A DNA stretch of 63,693 nt, filler included, from Octopus bimaculoides (GCF_001194135.2; 7 parts of 6 records of this genome joined end to end with filler, not necessarily neighbours in it), one strand, 5' to 3'; positions 1 to 12,158 are shown, numbered from the whole stretch's first letter. The notes: generated from the sequence alone by a model not told the origin. Numbers and translations are program-made.

Positions 1-40
<40 letters not shown>

Positions 41-270
41 TGTGTGTATATGTTTGTGTGTCTGTGTTTGTCCCCTCATCATCGCTTGACAACTGATACT
101 GGTGTGTTTACGTCCCAGTAACTTAGCGGTTCGGCAAAGGAGACCGATAGAATAAGTACTAGGCATACAAAGAATAAGTCCTGGGGTCGATTTGCTCGAC
201 TAAAGGCGGTGCTGCAGCATGGCCACAGTCAAATGACTGAAACAAGTAAAAGAGTAAAGAGAGTAAGAGT
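1..270 (+). mobile_element. tRNA-derived SINE, family A, 3' half
   Basis: Matches the 3' half of the full copies at 1622-2000 and 9860-10253 (gtaacttagcggttcggcaaa...gcatggccacagtcaaatgactgaaacaagtaaaagag). Confidence 0.85.
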
Positions 271-313
271 TAAAGGGTTAAAATGAACAAGAAAATTCTC
301 ACAGTGCTTTTAT

Positions 314-722
314 CCTTTGGTTACCATATTTCTGTTGAAACATACTGCTTTTGTTTCAATTGATTCATAAATAGATATTTTAGTAAAAGTAGTCATTACT
401 AATCTGGTGTGCAAAGCAGTGAGCTGGCAGAATCGTTAGCATGCCAGGCAAAATGTTTAGTGGCATATCATCAGTTGTTACATTTTGAGTTCATATTCTG
501 CCAAGGTTGATCTTGCTTTTCATCCTTCCAGGGTCAATAAAATAAGTACCACTTGAGCAACTAATTTGGCCTTGTGCCAAAATTAGAAATTATTATTAAG
601 CTGGTGTCAGGAACATAAATTAACAAGAAATTCTGATGGATGGTTTTAATTGAAATCATTTTAAGCAGGAAGTTAGTATCATAGAACTAAGAATGGCCTC
701 AGGTAGACTGGTATCAAAAGGG
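314..722. mobile_element. TTAA-type (piggyBac-like) MITE interrupted by a SINE
   Basis: Ends cctttggttacc / ggtatcaaaaggg are imperfect inverted repeats with degenerate TTAA flanks (ttat / tcaa); a SINE sits inside at 411-591. Confidence 0.55.
411..591 (+). mobile_element. tRNA-derived SINE, family B (Meta-domain-like core)
   Basis: Head gcagtgagctggcagaatcgttagc, core gctttcatccttccagggtcaataaaataagtacc; flanked by a 16-bp target duplication attactaatctggtgt / attattaagctggtgt. The MetaSINE label is from recalled similarity only. Confidence 0.75.
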
Positions 723-834
723 TCAAACAGAGTATATTTGAAGTGAAAAATAAATGAATAAATAAATAAATAAAAATCCCAGTGAGGTAAGTTAATATAC
801 AAAAATAATTCAAAGTGAATTGGGTCACTTCCTT

Positions 835-1014
835 ATCATCATTTAATGTCTGTTTTCTAAGCCGGCATGGGTTGGATGGTTTGACAGGAGCTAGCAAGTC
901 GGAGAGCTGCACCAGGCTCCAATAGTCTATTTTGGTTTGGTTTCTACAGCTGGATGCCCTTCCCAATGCCAACCACTTTACAGAGTGTACCGGATGCTTT
1001 TTACATGGCACCAA
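835..1014 (-). mobile_element. RTE LINE 3' end
   Basis: Reverse complement of the ggaagggcatccagc...cccatgccagcatggaaaa...gatgat tail that directly follows the RTE ORF end at 21020-21365. Confidence 0.75.
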
Positions 1015-1135
1015 CATTTATGAGAAAATATCAATGTAGGATGTAGGATAATGGTAAAGAGAGAGTCTGGTGTTCAGTTTTATCTCTACACAAATTAATA
1101 TGAATTTTAGAGTGGAACAAATCACAAGGGCCAAC

Positions 1136-1385
1136 CCTTGTTGCAGTGTGGTGGCTTGAGCACCTCGATGATCCTGAGAGCTATGTCAGCAGAGCACAAG
1201 TACTTGGTAGGGCCTCTCCTACTGGACAGGTCAAAGGATATAGACCAGACTAATGTGGACTAAGCTCTTCCCATAAGTAAAAACAGGTCTGCATAGGGCT
1301 AACACCTCTAACTAGTGAAAACAAAAGCGAAGTTATAGAAGCATTGATGACAATTCAAAACCAACAAGACCTAGAAGAGGAAAGC
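1136..1385 (+). mobile_element. RTE LINE 5' region fragment
   Basis: cccttgttgcagtgtgg...gatgatcctgagagctatg...ggacaggtcaaagg...gggctaacacc resembles RTE/BovB-type 5' leaders (recognised from memory, not aligned). Confidence 0.45.
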
Positions 1386-1621
1386 CTTCTCTCAGGGAAA
1401 TATACAGCCCAGAGTTCAGAACAGTGACGGCCTAGGTTCCATGGGGAGTGAAGGGCTTAAGTAAGACTGGAACAGTAACAACAATAATATCAACAGAGAA
1501 ACTTTTATGTTGTCACTCAACCTGTTAGAAACAGTGGCCAAACTGGAGAAACATATTTCTAACCCATACCAGCAAGGAAAACAGATGTTAAACAATGATG
1601 ATGGCGATGACACTTATAAGT

Positions 1622-1782
1622 ACGCAGGAGTGGCTATGTGGTAAGAAGCTTGCTTCCCAACCACATGGTTCTGGGTTCAGTTCCATTGCGTGACACCTTG
1701 AGCAAGTGCCTTCTATTATAGCCTTGGGCTGACCAAAGCCTTGTCAGTGGATTTGGTAGATGGAAACTGAAAGAAGCCCATC

Positions 1783-1814
<32 letters not shown>

Positions 1815-2000
1815 TTGTCACCCCACTATTGCTTGACACCGATGTTGGTGTGTTTAGGTCCCTGTAACTTAGCGGTTTGGCAAAAGTGACCGATATTATA
1901 AGTACTAGGCTTACAAAGAGTAAGTCCTGGGGTTGATTTGTTCGACTAAAGGCGATGCTCCAGCATGGGCACAGTCAAAGGACTTAAACAAGTAAAAAAA
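1622..2000 (+). mobile_element. tRNA-derived SINE, family A, full length
   Basis: A-box-like tggctatgtggtaag, B-box-like gggttcagttcc, CORE-like caccttgagcaagtg, internal (TA)/(TG) microsatellite, tail acaagtaaaa. Confidence 0.9.
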
Positions 2001-2639
2001 TTAACGAGTAGCCCAGTTTGACAACTGCAATGTCTAAGCAAGGGACAGGATAGTCGTAAGTGAAAAGCCTTTTGATCACAGGTCTGCTCAGTCAAGGATA
2101 ACCTAGGGCTAAACAACACCAAAATCAAAAGACAACTGTAAAAGACCAGAAACTAATTATGTTAGCCTAGCTTCTGGTAAAGCATTGCTGTAATTATTAT
2201 TGCCTTAATTTTAAACATTCCTTTAGTTTCAGGAACAAAAGCTGAATTTATTAACGCTGTCCACGAAGTAACCTACTTCTCTTCTGAAAGAGAATTCTTG
2301 TAATTGAGTCAAAACATCAACTCAAGTGAATGTATTTGGTTGTCACAGAGGAAGATGGGAAACAAAGTTTTATTCATTTTCAAAATTATTCATTGTCATG
2401 GCTTCTAACTGAATGCATCCCCCCCCCCACACACACACAGACACTTTCTTTTCCTTTTTGGTTTGCAAGATTCTTGATGTGAACTTGTGTGTTGAAATAT
2501 TCCGGTCTATCTTGGAAAGCCTAATGACCCTCCTGAGATACAAAATTGTCTTATATTCTTTTATATGTTTTAGCCTTGAGGCTATGGCCATGCTGGGGCA
2601 TCACCATTGAGATGTATAAAAAAAAAAGATGAATATAAT

Positions 2640-3010
2640 AATAATTCTTTCTAATTTTGGTACAGATCCAGCAATCTTGATGGGAGAAAAAGTCACATCA
2701 ACTCAAGTGGTTAACAGGTACTTATTTTATCAACCCCCGAAAGGATGAAAGGCGAAGTCAACCTTGGTAGAATTTGAACTAAGAACCTAAAGAAATACTG
2801 AAAGCACAAGGCCTGAAATTTGGGTGGAGGGGACCAGTAAATTACATTGACCCCAGTGCATAACTGGTACTTAATTTATTGACCCTAAAAAGATGAAAGG
2901 CAAAGTCGACCTCGGCAGAATTTGAACTCAGAACGTAGCAACAGGCGAAATACCACTAAGCATTTTGCCCAGCATGCTAACAATTCTGCCAGTTTGCTAC
3001 CTTCAATAAT
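2640..3010 (-). mobile_element. Two adjacent SINE family B copies
   Basis: Two reverse-strand copies of aggcctgaaattt...ggtacttatttatcgacccc.aaaggatgaaaggcaaagtcgacc...gaatttgaactc. Confidence 0.75.
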
Positions 3011-3821
3011 AAGAAAAAGAAGAATGATAATAAACAAAAACACCACAAACATAAAAAAAAATAAAAGACCTATTTCCTGATTAGAATTTGGAAAAGAAGT
3101 AAAAAAAAATAAAATAAAAAGAATCAGTATTAGATAAAATTTCAAAAACAGATAAGGCTGGTTGGTTTCTGAAATGGGCTTTTAATGTCACTTTATATTA
3201 AATTTAGAATCTTATANNNNNNNNNNNNNNNNNNNNNNNNNNNNNNNNNNNNNNNNNNNNNNNNNNNNNNNNNNNNNNNNNNNNNNNNNNNNNNNNNNNN
3301 NNNNNNNNNNNNNNNNNTTAATTTTAGGGTTTTATAAATAAACAATTATAAATCTTCTACAAACACTTAGAATCCAACAAGCATTTTTTTCTTCTTTTTG
3401 TTTGCCCTACTTCTTTTGTTGAATATTTTCTTCATGTTATTTTTTTTTTATTTATTTATTAAAAAAAAAAAATAAAGAACTTGAGGTATCATATTAAGAA
3501 TTATTTAAATATTGAGTCTTTCTTTACAAAGGAGTTTACATTTCATAGGGTAGAATGGAAGTTGTTTCGTGAGATTGTGGAGATGAAGATGTTACTGAAC
3601 ATTGACATTTGTAAATGGAGATGATGGGTGAGTGTGGGTAAAGAGCTTGCTTTGCAGCCAACCACAAGGTTTTGGATTCAATCCCACTGTGCAGCACCTT
3701 GAACAAGTCTTTTCTTCTATAGCCCCAGGCCAGCTAATACTTTATGAATGAATTGGGCATACAGAGACTGTGTGGAAGCCTGTCACACATATATACATAC
3801 ATACATACACACATATACATA

Positions 3822-4352
3822 CATCGTCATCATCATTATTATTTAGCATCCATTTTCCATGCTGGCATGGGTCAGACAGTTTAACTGGAACTGATAAGCC
3901 AAACAGCTGCACCAGGCTCCAGTCTGATTTTACTTGGTTTCTACGGCTGGATGCCCTTCCTAACACTAACCACTCCACAGAGTGTACTGCATGCTTTCAC
4001 ATGCCACTGGCACAGGTGCCCTTCACATGCTACCGGCACAGGTGCACCCTTTACATGTCACCGGCACAGGTGCACCCTTTACATGCCACCGGCACAGGTG
4101 CCCTTTACATGTCACCAGCACAGGTGCCTTTCACATGTCACCAGCACAGGTGCCTTTCACATGTCACCAGCATAGGTGCACCCTTTACATGCCACTGGCA
4201 CAGGTTCCCTTTACATGCCATTGGCACAGGTGCCCTTTACATGCCACTGGTACAGGTGCCCTTTACATGCCACTGGTACAGGTATCCTTCACATGTCACT
4301 GGTACAGGTGCTCTTTAAATGTCACTGGCACAGGTACCTTCCTCATGTCACC
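3822..4352 (-). mobile_element. RTE LINE 3' end with expanded internal minisatellite
   Basis: catcatcatt...ccatgctggcatggg...ggatgcccttcc tail continuing into the 26-bp repeat array. Confidence 0.8.
4000..4352. repeat. 26-28 bp minisatellite, about 13.5 units (catgccactggcacaggtgcccttta)
   Basis: Units counted directly; the repeat explains the repetitive ORFs 3770-4318 and 3982-4593. Confidence 0.95.
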
Positions 4353-4459
4353 ACCACACAGTGCAACCAATCTTCCATGCAGAATCTTTTCTGTTGCTAC
4401 CATACAAAAGGCTAATCATTACTTAAATGTCTCCAACACACTTCTAACCCTCACTATTC

Positions 4460-4507
<48 letters not shown>

Positions 4508-4725
4508 TCTATATATATATCTCTACATATCAAGCTACTTTGCTAAACATCTTTGCCTATCTCTCTCTCTCTCTCTTCGCCCACACACTATAGATTTATA
4601 TATAATACACCAACTTGTGCAACGAGCTAACTGCCAGGGAAAGGATTTTGCTTTTAGCTGAATAAAAATATTGATTTTATTGTTAGGCACAAGGTTTTCT
4701 TTTGTTTATAAAATGGAAGAGATAA

Positions 4726-4772
<47 letters not shown>

Positions 4773-4927
4773 TACTGTTCCACGATGGTAAGATTATACA
4801 TACATATATGTAAATATATACACGTACACATGTACATATACATGCATAAATGCATGTACATACATATACATACATATATGCATGTACACACACAGAAACA
4901 TACACACATACATACATACACACATAC

Positions 4928-4969
<42 letters not shown>

Positions 4970-4973
4970 CATA

Positions 4974-5662
4974 CAGGCTGAGGCAGAGAGGACAGACATT
5001 TTTGAAATGGCTATTACTCAGTCCCGGAGGGAGGGAGATATGTCTGACAGGTACCATTTGGTCCGTGGTATCTTAGCATTTTTTTTTTCCTTTTCAGGTG
5101 AAGCCATGGCGCTGTGGACAATAGAGCGTGTGTTTGCTAACAACATTTATGTGAAGAATAACAAGTCTGTCACAGCAGTTCAGTGTGAATTTCAGCACCA
5201 CTTCAACATTCATCAAAATCAGGCTGTTCCGACCCATAATGCAATCTTATGTTGGGTGAATGCACTTTGTACATGAGATACACTAATGAATAGGAGACCA
5301 GTGGGGGTGCCACGAACAGTATGGACCCTGGAAAATGTGAAACGCATCTGACAAGCTTTGATAGGGAGTCAGAATCGCTCTGCTCGGTGTCATTCCACTG
5401 AACTTGGCATCAGTAATTGATTGATAAGGCGTATTTTGAATGAAGACCTGCATTGCTACCTGTACAAATTGGTCATTGGGCAACAGTTGAAATGCATCAA
5501 TGAAAACGGACACCATATGATGGATGTTATTTTCCATACTTGATTTTCACAAATGCTATTTCAATACAAACACATTGATGGCAATAAGATTTGTTTGCAG
5601 CTAAAATTAATGATTTTGTGAATTTTTCAAAAACGGCTTTCCTCTCTGCTCAATCATCTATG
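4974..5662 (+). mobile_element. Internally deleted Tc1/mariner-superfamily element (DUF4817-like HTH N-terminus)
   Basis: TA flanks; imperfect TIRs caggctgaggcagagaggacagacatttttgaaa vs reverse complement of tttcaaaaacggctttcctctctgctcaatc; translation MALWTIERVFA..YVKNNKSVTAVQCEFQHHFNI...RRPVGVPRTVWTLENVKRI...LIRRILNEDLHCYLYKLVIGQQLK fused to CINENGHHMMDVIF; in-frame stops; catalytic core missing. Confidence 0.8.
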
Positions 5663-5664
5663 TA

Positions 5665-5711
<47 letters not shown>

Positions 5712-6181
5712 NNNNNNNNNNNNNNNNNNNNNNNNNNNNNNNNNNNNNNNNNNNNNNNNNNNNNNNNNNNNNNNNNNNNNNNNNNNNNNNNNNNNNNNNN
5801 NNNNNNNNNNNNNNNNNNNNNNNNNNNNNNNNNNNNNNNNNNNNNNNNNNNNNNNNNNNNNNNNNNNNNNNNNNNNNNNNNNNNNNNNNNNNNNNNNNNN
5901 NNNNNNNNNNNNNNNNNNNNNNNNNNNNNNNNNNNNNNNNNNNNNNNNNNNNNNNNNNNNNNNNNNNNNNNNNNNNNNNNNNNNNNNNNNNNNNNNNNNN
6001 NNNNNNNNNNNNNNNNNNNNNNNNNNNNNNNNNNNNNNNNNNNNNNNNNNNNNNNNNNNNNNNNNNNNNNNNNNNNNNNNNNNNNNNNNNNNNNNNNNNN
6101 NNNNNNNNNNNNNNNNNNNNNNNNNNNNNNNNNNNNNNNNNNNNNNNNNNNNNNNNNNNNNNNNNNNNNNNNNNNNNNNNN

Positions 6182-6530
6182 NATTCTAGAACGAAATCTA
6201 GATTCATTCTAGTAATCGCGAAATTGGTCGATACACAGTTAAGTTTATTTAAAAGAAAGTTGGTCATCTTCTGTTGGTTGTTTTTCCTCGCATTAGGTAC
6301 TAAATGTGGTTATTTTGAGAAGTCCACTGTGTGGCGTTATTATTTTTCTGTAATAATGCCCTTTATATAAATATATATATATATAATTGAAATTTACAGA
6401 AAAACAAAAGACAAAGACAAGTGTATGAACAACAAGCAGGTGTATTAGTTTGATGCTCAGGAAAATGAGAAAGTCTTTTATGTTTCAAGCTTATGCTCTT
6501 AAACAGAAAGGAATAAGAGAAAATAAACAC
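6182..6530 (-). mobile_element. Penelope-like element terminus plus start of ORF
   Basis: Reverse strand reads ctttctgtttaagagcataagcttgaaacataaaag (PLE-type end) then MTNFLLNKLNCVSTNFAITRMNLDFV; 6187-6375 is a close inverted copy of 62810-62990. Confidence 0.55.
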
Positions 6531-6714
6531 AGAGAGAGAATAAAAAAAAAACTTGTGGATTTAGCGGCCAGGCATAGCGATTTGTTCAATATAATACATA
6601 TTGTTTTATTAATCCTTAGGGAGAAATGGTGTAAGAGAGGAGAACGCATTGATAAGGTGAATCATCACTAGATTTTATTAGAAAAATAGAAATAGCACAG
6701 AACTAAAAGTTAAG

Positions 6715-6978
6715 CATAACTGTGTGGTTTAAATAGTTTGTTGTTTTGCAAACCTTGTGCATTCAGGTTCAGTCCTACAGAGTGGTAATTTTGACAAGAG
6801 CCTACTATAGCCAAGGACTGACCAGTGCTTTATGAGTGGAATTGGTAGACAGATACTGTATGGAAGAAGTTTATGCTTGGGTGTACATGCGTCTTTGAGT
6901 TTGTCTTCCTACTACTTGACAATTGGTGTTGGTTTGTTTATGTCCCTGTAACTCAGAAGTCCAGCAAAAAGAGAGAAA

Positions 6979-7028
<50 letters not shown>

Positions 7029-7150
7029 AATTAGAAAAGGTATCAGACTTAAAATATATATACTGGGTTCAATTTGACTGAAAATGTTCACAGAGGTGCC
7101 CCAGCATGGTCACAGTCCAGTGATTAAAATAAATAAAAGAATAAAAGGTT
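6715..7150 (+). mobile_element. SINE family A, diverged, with (GA)n insertion
   Basis: Head ctgtgtggtttaaatag...ggttcagtcc, body and tail cccagcatggtcacagtcc...aaataaaaga. Confidence 0.7.
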
Positions 7151-7992
7151 TAAAGAATACATTGATCCATTGAAGCACTTTGTATGTGTGTGAGCTTAAT
7201 GTATATTCATGTGTGTGTGTGTGTGTGTGCATATNNNNNNNNNNNNNNNNNNNNNNNNNNNNNNNNNNNNNNNNNNNNNNNNNNNNNNNNNNNNNNNNNN
7301 NNNNNNNNNNNNNNNNNNNNNNNNNNNNNNNNNNNNNNNNNNNNNNNNNNNNNNNNNNNNNNNNNNNNNNNNNNNNNNNNNNNNNNNNNNNNNNNNNNNN
7401 NNNNNNNNNNNNNNNNNNNNNNNNNNNNNNNNNNNNNNNNNNNNNNNNNNNNNNNNNNNNNNNNNNNNNNNNNNNNNNNNNNNNNNNNNNNNNNNNNNNN
7501 NNNNNNNNNNNNNNNNNNNNNNNNNNNNNNNNNNNNNNNNNNNNNNNNNNNNNNNNNNNNNNNNNNNNNNNNNNNNNNNNNNNNNNNNNNNNNNNNNNNN
7601 NNNNNNNNNNNNNNNNNNNNNNNNNNNNNNNNNNNNNNNNNNNNNNNNNNNNNNNNNNNNNNNNNNNNNNNNNNNNNNNNNNNNNNNNNNNNNNNNNNNN
7701 NNNNNNNNNNNNNNNNNNNNNNNNNNNNNNNNNNNNNNNNNNNNNNNNNNNNNNNNNNNNNNNNNNNNNNNNNNNNNNNNNNNNNNNNNNNNNNNNNNNN
7801 NNNNNNNNNNNNNTCTTCATTTTGTATTTCTTTGTAAAAAACATTTTCATTCTCCTTCTTGAAAATTTGCTTTGCAATGAAAGCCGGTTAGATATCTTTA
7901 TTAAAATATGCTTCCAATTTAGCATTCTGCCTTATTCTTCATTTTCCTATTATTTCTCCACGTGCGGTTAAAACAACCCCACTATTTACTGA

Positions 7993-8038
<46 letters not shown>

Positions 8039-8579
8039 TACATACACACATACAAACACATTCACACACACACACAAATATATGTATATGTGTATGTGTG
8101 CGTATGTGTGTGCATCACCACCACCCACCACAGAAATTTGGCAGAGTTGAAATGTAAATGTTAAAATTTCGGAAAATAAACAGCAGACAAAATTCAAAGA
8201 ATCCCCATTTTACTAACAATAGAATTAACAATAAACACTAATAAATGACTGGCCATTTTTATTTAGTTCAAATGGTGCCATTGTTTGGAAACCAAAATCT
8301 GGGGAAAAAAAAAAAAACAAACGGAAAACAAACCAAAATTCAAATCCGACACAAGAGACTCGGCATTGACAGCTTATAAGAGTACACACTGCACACTTTA
8401 TAATGATTATGGTACTAAACAAACATTGTTAATGAATTTTTTTTTAATTAGTAGACACTTGAATTGAAAGGCAGTGAATACCAGAGAAGGATTTGACTGT
8501 ATTGTAATTCTTTTATGAAACCTTTCAGAATGACATCAAATACGAAAAGACATACCAACATTGAAGGAAATAGGATATT

Positions 8580-8760
8580 TAACCATTTAGCACTCATATT
8601 ATTCTGTCAAATGTAATACTTATTTATTTACATTGCTTGGAATTAAATCATGCATTATTTTGTATCTTTGAGATTTCGATGATGCGACTATTTATTTTTA
8701 GAATGACATTGTGGGGTAAGTGTGATAGGCAGGATTTGGCCAGTTTGAACCAAAGGGATC
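8580..8760. mobile_element. TTAA MITE fragment, same family as 12853-13291
   Basis: ttaaccatttagcactcatattattctgtcaaatg... is the reverse complement of the right part of the 12853-13291 element. Confidence 0.6.
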
Positions 8761-9072
8761 AATAAGTAAAAAAAAAAAGGGTTGTGAGCCACTGGACAAA
8801 AGTGGCCTAAATCGGAGAGACAGTCCAAATACTTGTAACAGAAAGGACTCCTCTAAAAGCACCCAAGAGTGATGTGCCCTTTAAGGTATGTGGTTGTACA
8901 TGCACAAATAATTCATGTAGGAAAGGAGAAAATATACATGTGGGAGGTTTTCAAGATAAAACTGGATATTTAATTGAAGAAATTTCAGCAATGGCTACTA
9001 CACATATGCATATATATTTTGCAAAGAAAGACAAAATTATTTGCAAACAAGTAAATTTCTGCATGCATCCAT

Positions 9073-9075
<3 letters not shown>

Positions 9076-9130
<55 letters not shown>
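9076..9130 (+). repeat. Poly(A) run, about 55 nt
   Basis: Seen directly; gives the spurious poly-K and poly-F ORFs. Confidence 0.95.
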
Positions 9131-9132
<2 letters not shown>

Positions 9133-9720
9133 AACTCAGCCCAAGGGACAGGGGTTAGTTTTAAATCAGGTGATGTGTCTTGTGCCAGCCCTTTACGTTT
9201 TTGGTTCAAATCCTGCCATAACTCATTTCTAATGATTCTACCTAACAAAAAACAAGGGCATATAACAATAGATGTGACAGCTGGACGTTATTCAAAGTAT
9301 TCAATATTGTTCAGCTCAATGTTATACCTTATTCACACTATGAAATAACACACCTGAGAGAGAGAGAGACAGAGATAGAGGGAGAAAGAAAGAGAAAGAG
9401 AGAGAGAGATAAACAGACAACACCTAAACAAACAGACATATATCTAAATCTATCAGTTCAAAGGGGTATCAATTTATATCCATTCAAAGATGTATCAGTT
9501 TATAGTTTCGTGAAGAGGAGAGACAGAGAGAGGAAAAGAGAAAGAGGGAGAGAGAGAGAGAGGAAAAGAGAAAGAGAGAGAGAAATTATTGACTCTTTAT
9601 TATATTTATTCGTTGAAGTCTAAATTATCCATTACAAGAAATCGTTGGCATATATAAACATAGAAAATGCATTATATGCTTACTAACAATTGATATTTTG
9701 TACCTAAGAGCACTCCTCTT

Positions 9721-9755
<35 letters not shown>

Positions 9756-9859
9756 ATTCTCAATAGCTAAACCTCCTCACCTCCTACATATATATATATA
9801 TTCTTTTATTTATTTCAGTCATTTGTCTGCAGCCATGCTGGAGCACAATATATATATAT

Positions 9860-10253
9860 TCTTTACTCTTTTACTTGTTTCAGTCATTTGACTGCGGACA
9901 TGCTGGAGCACTGCCTTTAGTCGAGCAAATCGACTCCAGGACTTCTTCCTTGTAAGCCTAGTACTTATTCTATCGGTCTCTTTTGCTGAACTGCTAAGTT
10001 ACGGGGACGGAAACACACCAGCATCGGTTGTCAAGCGATGTTGGGGGACAAACACAGACACACAAACACACATATATATATACATATATACGACGGGCTT
10101 CTTTCAGTTTCCACCTACCAAATCCACTCACAAGGCTTTGGTCGGCCCGAGGCTATAGTAGAAGACACTTGCTCAACGTGCCACGCAGTGGGATCGAACC
10201 CGGAACTATGTGGTTGGTAAGCAAGCTACTTACCACACAGCCACTCCTGCGCC
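9860..10253 (-). mobile_element. SINE family A, full length, low divergence
   Basis: Complete reverse copy from the tail (tttactctttttacttgtttcagtc) to the head (ccacacagccactcctgcgcc). Confidence 0.9.
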
Positions 10254-11089
10254 TATTATATATATAATATATATTGCTTTATGCTAGTGCAGGTACAATG
10301 TGTTTGCAAATTCAGACATTTTTGTATAATTTGTTATATCTTTTTGTTTTCATTTAATCAGTGTGGTATAATGATCAATGTCAACCAATCAACTGTGAAG
10401 TGAGAGAAAAAAAAATGGACAAAGAGAAAAGATGACAGACTGGTTAAGAAGTTTACTTTGTAATTATGAGGTCTTGCTTTCAATCCTATAGCATGGCAAC
10501 TTGGGGCTGGTGATGTTTTTTTATCATGTCAATCCAAGTTTTGTAAGCAAAGCTAGTTAGAGGGAAACTATGCAGAAGCCTGTTAGATGGATTGTTCTTG
10601 TAATCCAATATTCCAACCTTGTGACTGACAGACACCCTTCATTTGGCTTATTCAAGCACTTCCTTTTTTAGCTCACACAGATGCTACCTTCATAGGTTCA
10701 TGTTTTCCCCTTAAGATGGCACAATGTCATGTGAGAAAATCAGAAAGAAATTTTTAGGTGCTATGTCTAGCACTCCAAGCTTCCACATAGATGTTGTGTC
10801 ACTCAGTGACTGATGGCCAAGTAATAGGGACATACTGTTAACATCTCAGGTAAACACTACATTTCTTAGCTTGGTGGTAGCTGTTGGTTTCTAGGAGTGA
10901 CAACCATGTCAGGGAAGGGGAAAGGAAAACGCCTTTATATGAAAAATAAGGATTGGCAATAGGAAGGGCATCTGGCAGCAGAATACCACCTCAGAAGGTC
11001 TTGTCCTACCTGTGTCAGAATGGGAAAACAGAACATAAAAGCGATGATAATACAGAAAACCCTACCCTGTAATGCGACCTATATGCATG

Positions 11090-11126
<37 letters not shown>

Positions 11127-11519
11127 GTTCAATAAAACCAATCAGATCAGTTAATAAGTTTAGACTTCAGATCTCATTTCAGATATCCGTCAATCTTGGG
11201 TTTCCATAAAATCTAGTTATCCTCTTTACAAATTAAATAAATTTCTTTCAACACGGAATGTTTATTCTTAGTGAGAAAATAAAAAACGAAATGAGGAAAA
11301 ACAAAGGTGAGCCAAAAACCTTTGTTCTATTTCTACAAATTATAAAGAAAAAAAGAAAAAACAAAAAATCAAAATCAAAAACATGTTTCATGGAGGAAAT
11401 GTCAGTGATGGCTTTCATGGAATCTGGACAGACTAAATTTCTAAGCAGTTCTGTTCAAGTTTTAACAGGACATTTTAACCTGTTCATTTATGTAGATGAG
11501 CGCATTTAAACAACAACAA

Positions 11520-11765
11520 TCATTTCTATTATAAACACAAGGCCTGAAATTTTAGGAGGGGGGGGCTAGTCGATTATATTGACCCACCACTACCACCATC
11601 AAGGTGCTTAACTGGTACTTATTTCTATTGATCACAAGAAGATGAAATAATGGTAAAGTCAACCTAAGCAGAATTGAATCCAAAAGGTAAGGACTAAGAA
11701 TGGACAAAATGTTACTAAGCACTTTGTCCAGTGTACAAGAAGTTCTGCCAGCTCACTGCCTTAAT
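11520..11765 (-). mobile_element. SINE family B; further copies at 12195-12375 and 12405-12560
   Basis: Same core and head as 411-591 in reverse, with (AAT)n tails. Confidence 0.7.
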
Positions 11766-11789
11766 AATAATAATAATAATAATAACAAC

Positions 11790-12158
11790 AACAAGAGCAC
11801 TCAGAGAGCACAAACCTCCATCAAAGCAACACCAAAGTCCTCTCAACAATTAGCCGGAGATGATTTTTAAAATGAGAATATCTGAAATAAACTTGACTGC
11901 TCTCACAAACGAGAATACTAAAAATGAACCCGACTGCTCTCTCAAAAATTAAATTGAAAAACTGGAAAAATAATCCAGAATCCTTGTCCAGCACCAGAGC
12001 AATCCCAAAATCTAACCAGTTCGTGCCAGTCACAAGGCCAAAATTTCCTGAAAGTTTCATCCGAATCCATCCAGAGGTTCCTGAGATATCTTGTCCATGG
12101 ACAAACAAACAAACATGACTGAAAACAATACCTCTGCCTTCGCTAAGGCAGAGGTAAT
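11790..12158 (-). mobile_element. DINE-1/HINE-like non-autonomous Helentron-type element
   Basis: Perfect 12-bp hairpin tacctctgcctt-cgct-aaggcagaggta at 12129-12156, adjacent (GTTT)n block, degenerate sub-terminal copy aacctccatcaaagc near 11813; inserted in an (AAT/AAC)n run with no TSD. Confidence 0.6.

Noticed and set aside
4000-4352. CRISPR-like appearance of the palindromic repeat arrays (also 18642-18790)
   Set aside because: The units are contiguous or have mutually homologous spacers, lie inside an RTE 3' UTR, and there are no cas genes in a eukaryotic context.
9041-9248. Poly-Lys / poly-Phe ORFs
   Set aside because: Caused by a 55-nt A run.
11821-12118. 95-aa and 64-aa non-repetitive ORFs
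   Set aside because: They lie wholly within the non-autonomous DINE-1-like element and show no protein motif.
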